This document shows, piece after piece, positions 57,114 to 64,000 of a DNA stretch of 64,000 bases. How positions within the stretch are numbered: the stretch's first letter is position 1; the number at the start of each line of letters is the position of its first letter. A program made the position numbers and the translations under genes. The DNA comes from Candidatus Nanopelagicales bacterium (GTDB taxonomy: Bacteria; Actinomycetota; Actinomycetes; S36-B12; CAIYMF01): positions 25,335 through 89,334 of the forward strand of contig JBBQAY010000003.1 in assembly GCA_038316965.1 (NCBI GenBank). The letters run 5' to 3'. The notes under the pieces were generated by a model that searched no databases, was not told the DNA's origin, and saw only the letters and a program-made list of their open reading frames with translations.

Positions 57114-58607
57114 TCAGCTGCGGGTGAGGACGCCGAGAGCGGCTGCGATCCCGAGCACCGACCGCGGGGCGTACGCCGAGCGCCACAGGCCGCCGTGCGC
57201 GGCCTGACGCGACCAGGCGTCGTCCGGGTGGGCCAGCACGGCGACGGGCCGTGCGAGGGACTCGCTCGAACGCAGGTCGTGCACCAGCAGAGCGGCCATG
57301 AGCGTGTTGGACGTCGCCGGCTCGAAGATCTCGACGCCGAAGCGGTGCGCACCGGCGTACGCCGCGGCGAGCGCGCGGTTCTTCACCACCGACCGGGTGC
57401 GGGTGGCCGGCGCGATGTTGAGCGAGGTCCAGACCCCGTCGCGCCTCGACTGCGTCGCCCGCCACCGCTGCAGCCGCTTGGCCAGCGCGTAGTTGGGGCC
57501 CTGCTGGGGCACGAGGCAGTCGGCGATGCCGACCTCGCCGCGGTCGGTCGTGACGGTCTCCGGATAGTTCGGCGCGAACCGGCCGACCGCGCGCAGCGGC
57601 AGCTGCGCGATCCCCGACAGACCGCGGCCCTCCCACCGGCGGCGCGACTCCTCGACCGCGGTGAGCGGCACGGCGTAGACGTCGGTCGGGGTCGCGAGGA
57701 ACGCCAGGCCCACGTCCGACCGGGACGCCGTCAGCGCGGCGCCGAGGGCGTCCGCGGCGAGCGCCACGCGGAGGTGGGTCGCGCCGTCGGCGTACATGGC
57801 GGTGCCGAGCGTGAACGGCCCGTCGATCTCGCCGAGCCACGTACGCACCTCAGGAATCCGACGGATGAGGTCGGCCCCCGCGACGGCTGCGATCTCCTCG
57901 TCCGAGGACGGCGCGGCCCCGAGTGGGACGGGGATCGTGAGCGAGCCCGCGGAGGACCGGGCGGTTGCGATCACGCGCTGCCAGATGTCGGGTCGCGGCA
58001 GGTCGACCGCGACCACGTGCGCGCCCCAGCGCAGCAGCGAGCGCAGCGGCCCCATCTCCGCGCCGGCGCCGAGGACGACGACGGTGATGCCCGACAGGTC
58101 GAGCCAGTCGGGATGGTCGATCACGGTGTGCACCGAGGTCGCGAGCCCGCGTTCGACGATGCCCTCGTGCACCCAGGAGTCGAGCTGGCGGCGCACGTCG
58201 GCGCCGAAGAGACGCCTGCCGTGCAGCGGCAGCGTGAGGCCGGTGTCGAGCGCGGCGTCGCCGCGGATGGTCACCGACGAGTACGCCGGCGCCGTCCAGC
58301 GGTCGGCCGCCTCGAGCAGGGGCACCTCGTCTCCGTCGCGACGGAACACCGTGCGCTCGTGCAGGGCCGCGAGCCCAGCACGGGCGACCGCATCCGCCGC
58401 CGAGGCGGAGCGGGAGCCGGCGACGACGAGGTCGCGGTACGGGGTCAAGTAGTCCTTGCGCCACTCGCGGACCGAACTGCTCCGCGCGGCGGCGCCCGGG
58501 TCGACCGACGAGAGCGCGGAGCCGACCACGGCCTTGGCCACGGCCGAGGTGCTCACGCGCCCGTCCGGTCCGGCCGCGAGGTCGACGCCGTCGTCGAGAT
58601 CGGTCAT
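57114..58607 (-). CDS. Hypothetical protein with internal Rossmann-like motif
   Basis: Long GC3-rich ORF; VVVLGAGAEMGP, QGPNYALAK (YxxxK). Confidence 0.7.
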   Translation of the reverse strand: MTDLDDGVDLAAGPDGRVSTSAVAKAVVGSALSSVDPGAAARSSSVREWRKDYLTPYRDLVVAGSRSASAADAVARAGLAALHERTVFRRDGDEVPLLEAADRWTAPAYSSVTIRGDAALDTGLTLPLHGRRLFGADVRRQLDSWVHEGIVERGLATSVHTVIDHPDWLDLSGITVVVLGAGAEMGPLRSLLRWGAHVVAVDLPRPDIWQRVIATARSSAGSLTIPVPLGAAPSSDEEIAAVAGADLIRRIPEVRTWLGEIDGPFTLGTAMYADGATHLRVALAADALGAALTASRSDVGLAFLATPTDVYAVPLTAVEESRRRWEGRGLSGIAQLPLRAVGRFAPNYPETVTTDRGEVGIADCLVPQQGPNYALAKRLQRWRATQSRRDGVWTSLNIAPATRTRSVVKNRALAAAYAGAHRFGVEIFEPATSNTLMAALLVHDLRSSESLARPVAVLAHPDDAWSRQAAHGGLWRSAYAPRSVLGIAAALGVLTRS

Positions 58608-58647
58608 GACCCGATCCAACCAGCCGCGCGACAGCGGCGGGGGCGGG

Positions 58648-59589
58648 TCAGCGCGACGTCTCCGCGAGCAATACGCCGGTGAGCACGACGGCGCCACCGA
58701 GGATCTGCACCGGCGTCAGCACCTCGCCGAGCAGCACGAAGGCGATGAGCGAGGCGATGAGCGGCTCGGTCATGCCGACGACCGAGGCCTGGGTGGCCCG
58801 CAGATGACGCAATGACTGCAGCACGAGGGCGAAGGGCACCACGGTGCCGGGCACGACCATCCAGGCGATGAGCGCCCAGCCGGGCACGTCCGGGCCGGCT
58901 GGGCCGAAGACCTCGGCGGTGATGTCGAGGGTGTCCCACGGGAACGACCACCACGGCTGGACGACCGCCCAGAACGCCGTCGCGAACGCGAACCCCCACA
59001 TCGTGAGCGAGACCGGGTCGCGGTCGACGACCAGCTTCTCGCCGAGCACGTAGTAGAGCGCCAGGGCAACGGCGGCGCCGACCGAGGCGACGACACCGAT
59101 GGTGTCGAGGGAGAAGCCGGCCCAGACCTGCGCCACCATCGCGAGGCCGACGAGGGCGAGCAGCAGGGCGAGGAAGACGCGGTCGCGCACCGGCTCGCGC
59201 ATGACGAAGCGGAACCACAGCGCGACCATGATCGGCGCGGTGAACTCGATGAGGAGAGCCACACCGACGGCGAGCCTCTGGATGCCGAGGAAGTAGAGCG
59301 ACTGCGTCGCCGCGATGCCGAGGATGCCGTAGACCGCAATCCTGCCGACCTCGGACCGCCGCAGCCGCAGTCCGCTGCGGCGTACGAGCAGCACGACGAC
59401 GAAGAGGATGAGGAACGCGAGCGTGACCCGCAGCTGGGACAGCCGCTGCCAGGGCACGCCGCCGAGGAGCAGGAACTTGCTCACCGACCCGTTGAGGGCG
59501 AACAGCGTGGCGGCGACGAGGTAGGTGGCGTAGCCGAGCACCGGCCGCCGGTCGACCTGCTCGACCGGCGGTGTCTCGAACACGGTCAC
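58648..59589 (-). CDS. EamA/DMT transporter
   Basis: About 10 TMs; LIEFTAP, EP...LLGE. Confidence 0.9.
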   Translation of the reverse strand: MTVFETPPVEQVDRRPVLGYATYLVAATLFALNGSVSKFLLLGGVPWQRLSQLRVTLAFLILFVVVLLVRRSGLRLRRSEVGRIAVYGILGIAATQSLYFLGIQRLAVGVALLIEFTAPIMVALWFRFVMREPVRDRVFLALLLALVGLAMVAQVWAGFSLDTIGVVASVGAAVALALYYVLGEKLVVDRDPVSLTMWGFAFATAFWAVVQPWWSFPWDTLDITAEVFGPAGPDVPGWALIAWMVVPGTVVPFALVLQSLRHLRATQASVVGMTEPLIASLIAFVLLGEVLTPVQILGGAVVLTGVLLAETSR

Positions 59590-60761
59590 GGCGTGGGGGC
59601 TCCCGGCACAGCACCGGCCTGGAGGTAGACCTCGACGGTCTGCTGGGCGATGACGTGCCAGCCGAACTCCGCGATGACGCGGGTGCGGCCCTTCACGCCC
59701 ATGGCGCGGGCGCGGGCGCGGTCGGCCACGAGGGAGTTGACGGCGTCGGCGAAACGCCGGCGGAAGTCCTCCTCGTCGTCGGCGTCGAAGTGCACGAGGA
59801 TCCCGGTCTCGCCGTCGACGACGACCTCGGGGATGCCGCCGACATCCGAGGCCACCACAGCGGTCTCGCAGGCCATGGCCTCGAGATTGACGATGCCGAG
59901 CGGCTCGTACACCGACGGGCAGAGGAACGCGACTGCGTGGGTGAGCAGCTGCTGCACCACCGGCCGCGCTGCGTGCTCCTGGATCCAGACGACGTCGCGC
60001 GTCTCGCGCAGCACCTCGACGGCGGCGGCGGTCTCGTGGCCGATCTCGGGGGTGTCCGGCGCGGAGGCGCAGAAGACGAGCTGCACCTCGGGGTCGAAGC
60101 GGGCGGCCGCTGCGAGCAGGTGCTTGATGCCCTTCTGCCGCGTGATGCGTCCGACGAACACCACGAAGGGCCGGCTCATGTCGATGCCGTAGGTCTCGAT
60201 CAGGTCGCTGGACTCCCGGGGCTGCCACGCCACGGTGTCGATGCCGTTGCGCACCACATGGACACGCTCGGGCTCGACGAACGGGTAGGCGTCCAGGACG
60301 TCGAGGCGCATGCCCTCGGAGACGGCGATGATCGCGCCTGCCTCGCGGTACGCCGACGCCTCGACCCAGGACGACATGCGGTATCCGCCGCCGAGCTGCT
60401 CCTCCTTCCACGGCCTGCGCGGCTCGAGGGAGTGGGCGGTGACGACGTGCGGCACCTTCCAGAGCTCTGCGGCGAGGTGGCCGGCGAGGTTGGTGTACCA
60501 GGTGTGCGAGTGGACGACGTCGACCTGGTCGAGCACCCGGACCATGTCGAGGTCGACGGCGAGGGTCTGCAGCGCCGGGTTGGCGTCGGCGAAGGCGGCC
60601 GGCACCTGGTGCCCGATGGCGCCGGTGCGCGAGGCCCCGAACGCGTGCACGCGGACATCGGCGAGCGGTCGGAGCTCACGGACGAGCTCCTCCACGTGGA
60701 CGCCTGCACCGCCGTAGACGTCGGGCGGCCATTCACGGGTGAGGATCCCTACGCGCAGCAC
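59586..60761 (-). CDS. glgM: Alpha-maltose-1-phosphate synthase / actinobacterial glycogen synthase (GT4)
   Basis: [43 protein letters not shown]; divergent from glgC. Confidence 0.9.
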   Translation of the reverse strand: MLRVGILTREWPPDVYGGAGVHVEELVRELRPLADVRVHAFGASRTGAIGHQVPAAFADANPALQTLAVDLDMVRVLDQVDVVHSHTWYTNLAGHLAAELWKVPHVVTAHSLEPRRPWKEEQLGGGYRMSSWVEASAYREAGAIIAVSEGMRLDVLDAYPFVEPERVHVVRNGIDTVAWQPRESSDLIETYGIDMSRPFVVFVGRITRQKGIKHLLAAAARFDPEVQLVFCASAPDTPEIGHETAAAVEVLRETRDVVWIQEHAARPVVQQLLTHAVAFLCPSVYEPLGIVNLEAMACETAVVASDVGGIPEVVVDGETGILVHFDADDEEDFRRRFADAVNSLVADRARARAMGVKGRTRVIAEFGWHVIAQQTVEVYLQAGAVPGAPTP

Positions 60762-60873
60762 GTGCGTCAGCCTAGGGGTGACCGACATCCCCCGGGGCGT
60801 GGGTCGGGCAAGCACGTCGACCCGCCCCCGGCAACGCCGTACACGCCCCGTGGTCCCGGTCTACTGTGAGCGC

Positions 60874-62097
60874 GTGGCCAACCGTGACGTCCTGGGAATC
60901 GTGCTCGCCGGCGGCGAGGGCAAGCGGCTCATGCCCTTGACGGCCGACCGCGCCAAACCGGCCGTGCCCTTCGGCGGCGCCTACCGCCTGGTCGACTTCG
61001 TCCTGTCGAACCTGGTCAACGCCGGCTACCTGCGCATCTGCGTGCTGACGCAGTACAAGAGCCACTCCCTCGACCGTCACATCACCACCACCTGGCGGAT
61101 GTCGACGCTGCTGGGCAACTACATCACCCCCGTGCCCGCACAGCAGCGCCTCGGCCCGCGCTGGTTCACCGGCTCGGCCGACGCCATCTTCCAGAGCCTC
61201 AACCTCGTGTACGACGAGAGCCCGAAGTACGTCGTCGTCTTCGGTGCCGACCACGTCTACCGCATGGACCCGCAGCAGATGCTCGACCAGCACATCGCGT
61301 CCGGGGCGGGCGTAACAGTGGCCGGGATCCGCGTGCCCAAGGAGCAGGCGAACCAGTTCGGCGTCATCGAGACGACGGCGGACGGCCGCGGCATCAGCCG
61401 CTTCGTCGAGAAGCCGCTCGACCCCGTCACGATCCCCGGCGACCCCGACCACGTGTACGCGTCGATGGGCAACTACATCTTCACGACCGACGTCCTGGTC
61501 GAGGCGCTGCGCATCGATGCCAGCGACGAGGGATCCGTTCACGACATGGGCGGCAACATCATCCCGATGCTCGTGTCCCAGGGCATGGCCAACGTCTACG
61601 ACTTCGACGAGAACGAGGTGCCGGGCTCGACCGACCGCGACCGCGGCTACTGGCGCGACGTCGGGACGCTCGACGCGTATCACGACGCGCACATGGACCT
61701 CGTGTCCGTGCACCCGATCTTCAACCTCTACAACCGCAAGTGGCCGATCCTGACGCACCTCCCACCACTGCCCCCGGCCAAGTTCGTCGAGGGCGGCAAC
61801 TCGCACGAGTCGATGGTCGGCGCAGGTTCGATCGTCGCCGGCGCCCACGTGCGCAACTCCGTGCTGTCGTACGACGTCAACATCCGCGAGGGTGCCTACG
61901 TCGAGGGCACCGTCGTCATGAACGGCGTCAAGATCGGTCGCGGCGCCGTCATCCGTCGCGCGATCCTGGACAAGAACGTGATCGTGCCCGACGGCGCCCA
62001 GATCGGCGTCAACCTCGAGACCGACCGCCAGCGCTACACCGTGAGCGACAGCGGGATCGTCGTGGTCGGCAAGGGTCAGAAGGTCGAACTCGGGTGA
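60874..62097 (+). CDS. glgC: Glucose-1-phosphate adenylyltransferase
   Basis: [41 protein letters not shown]. Confidence 0.96.
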   Translation: MANRDVLGIVLAGGEGKRLMPLTADRAKPAVPFGGAYRLVDFVLSNLVNAGYLRICVLTQYKSHSLDRHITTTWRMSTLLGNYITPVPAQQRLGPRWFTGSADAIFQSLNLVYDESPKYVVVFGADHVYRMDPQQMLDQHIASGAGVTVAGIRVPKEQANQFGVIETTADGRGISRFVEKPLDPVTIPGDPDHVYASMGNYIFTTDVLVEALRIDASDEGSVHDMGGNIIPMLVSQGMANVYDFDENEVPGSTDRDRGYWRDVGTLDAYHDAHMDLVSVHPIFNLYNRKWPILTHLPPLPPAKFVEGGNSHESMVGAGSIVAGAHVRNSVLSYDVNIREGAYVEGTVVMNGVKIGRGAVIRRAILDKNVIVPDGAQIGVNLETDRQRYTVSDSGIVVVGKGQKVELG

Positions 62098-62825
62098 GGG
62101 CGGGCGACGGTCGTACCGCCGTCGTCACCGGCGCCGCCGGGGGTCTGGGGCGCGTGCTCGTCGAGAGGCTCGCTCGTGAGGGCTACGACGTCGTGGGTGT
62201 CGACCTGCAGGGTGCTGACCGTGTTCTCGACGTCACCGATGCTGCTGCCTGCCGTGCGCTGGCCGACGAGCTGCGTCCTCGGGTCTGGGTCAACAATGCC
62301 GGAGTCCTGGGGGCGGGCGACGCCGCCACCCAGCCCGACGACGTCGTCGACCGCGTCGTGCGGGTCAACCTGCTCGGAGTCGTGCACGGCACCCGTGCGG
62401 CGGTGGCGTCCATGCGCGCCCACGGGGGCGGCCACGTGGTGCAGATCGCCTCGCTGGCGTCCTGGGTCCCCGTGCCTGGCGAGGCGCTGTACGCCGCGAC
62501 CAAGGCGGGGGTGCTGTCGTTCACCCTCGGCCTGCAGGCCGAGCTCAGGGCCCAGGGCGTACGCGAGGTCAACCTCACCGCGGTCTGCCCCGACGGCATG
62601 CTCACCCCGATGCTCACCGACGTTCTCCACGACGACGCGCTCGCACTGTCGTTCTCCGCACCGCGGCTCGTCACGAGCGTGCCGCACTGGCGTGGCGCGC
62701 AGGTACGGCTGATGGCAGGCATGCCCGACGTCGTGCTCAGGGCGGCACCGGTGTTCTGGGAGCAGGGCCTGCGCAACCTGCGCAAGGCCAGGGCTCGGGC
62801 GCAGGAGGCGCAGCCGCCGGCCTAG
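62094..62825 (+). CDS. Short-chain dehydrogenase/reductase
   Basis: [17 protein letters not shown]. Confidence 0.85.
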   Translation: MRAGDGRTAVVTGAAGGLGRVLVERLAREGYDVVGVDLQGADRVLDVTDAAACRALADELRPRVWVNNAGVLGAGDAATQPDDVVDRVVRVNLLGVVHGTRAAVASMRAHGGGHVVQIASLASWVPVPGEALYAATKAGVLSFTLGLQAELRAQGVREVNLTAVCPDGMLTPMLTDVLHDDALALSFSAPRLVTSVPHWRGAQVRLMAGMPDVVLRAAPVFWEQGLRNLRKARARAQEAQPPA

Positions 62826-63070
62826 GAGGCGGAGCGGGTGCGCGGACGCGTGGCCGGATCCGAGATGTCGACGGACTCGTTGATCGTGGTCTGACCCGCG
62901 TACAGCAGCGCGTGGTCACGGGCTTCCGCGCGCACGATCCGACGGTCGCGCCGAGCGGCTGTGCGCCAGCCGCAGCTGCACGTCGCATGGGCGAAGCGAC
63001 CGTCCTCGATGTGCACCTCGTGCGCACAAGGGCGGCCGTCCTGGGGAAGTCGGGCGGTCACGAGCCACAC
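62822..63070 (-). CDS. Small His/Cys hypothetical protein
   Basis: H...CSCGW...H pattern; start uncertain. Confidence 0.5.
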   Translation of the reverse strand: MWLVTARLPQDGRPCAHEVHIEDGRFAHATCSCGWRTAARRDRRIVRAEARDHALLYAGQTTINESVDISDPATRPRTRSAS

Positions 63071-63159
63071 GGTAGCCGAGGCCGCCGGGCGACGCGCCCG
63101 GAACCCCCCAAAGGGTGGCTGCCCACGGTGCGACCTCCACGGGCGGCTCGGCCCGCGGC

Positions 63160-63441
63160 TCAGGACACGAAGTCGACCACGGTCTTGGCGGCGATGCGGG
63201 GGGCGACCCAGGCGCCGAACTCCTGATGGACCGGGTGCTCCTGGTAGGCGCGCAGGCCGTCGACGTCGTCGTGGGTGGAGATGAGCACGACGTGGGCGGC
63301 ACCGGGGTCGCCGAGGATGTCGACGCCGGACGTGATCGAGCCGATGGCCCCGATCTGGGGCCCGAGCGCCTCGATGCGGGCCGCGGTCTCCGCGGCGTCG
63401 GAGGGGTCGGTGAGGGTGAAGGACACGACGTGGGTCAGCAC
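63160..63441 (-). CDS. Dabb (stress-responsive A/B barrel) protein
   Basis: HVVSF, Y.EHP.H, VVDF; GGAG RBS. Confidence 0.85.
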   Translation of the reverse strand: MLTHVVSFTLTDPSDAAETAARIEALGPQIGAIGSITSGVDILGDPGAAHVVLISTHDDVDGLRAYQEHPVHQEFGAWVAPRIAAKTVVDFVS

Positions 63442-63460
63442 GGGGGCTCCTGGGAAGCGT

Positions 63461-63496
63461 CGACGGGGCCCCCCCCCAGTAGGCGGGGCCCCGTCG
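63461..63496. terminator. Hairpin downstream of pstB
   Basis: CGACGGGGCCCC / GGGGCCCCGTCG. Confidence 0.65.
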
Positions 63497-63511
63497 CAGG
63501 CGTGGAGCGGC

Positions 63512-64000
<489 letters not shown>

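Overview
High-GC actinobacterial chromosomal segment; taxonomy is inferred from gene content and no searches were run. The left ~5.9 kb is the end of a genomic island at the 3' end of tRNA-Lys(TTT). It carries a BlaR/M56-like peptidase, csoR-copZ-copA, a Phd-VapC toxin-antitoxin pair and a tyrosine integrase with Phe at the expected catalytic Tyr. The rest is backbone: two c-di-GMP turnover proteins, a MenJ-like reductase, kup, zwf, a six-gene membrane glycosylation locus with three paralogous GT-C enzymes, a truncated arr, MarR/MMPL, rocD, a DEAD-box helicase, glgM/glgC and partial pstB. The best novelty candidates are: (1) a TetR-controlled cluster pairing a polyamine ABC transporter, FAD amine oxidase and aminoaldehyde dehydrogenase with a GT1 glycosyltransferase, amino-sugar kinase and SIS protein; (2) a coupled pair of S51-like hydrolases, one fused to a CysRS-like C-terminal tRNA-binding domain; (3) a free-standing structured ~190-nt RNA with a 12-codon sORF between convergent genes. 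Several REP-like palindrome families also occur, one bracketing an MFS gene. Start codons were chosen by eye, and family assignments come from motif recognition.
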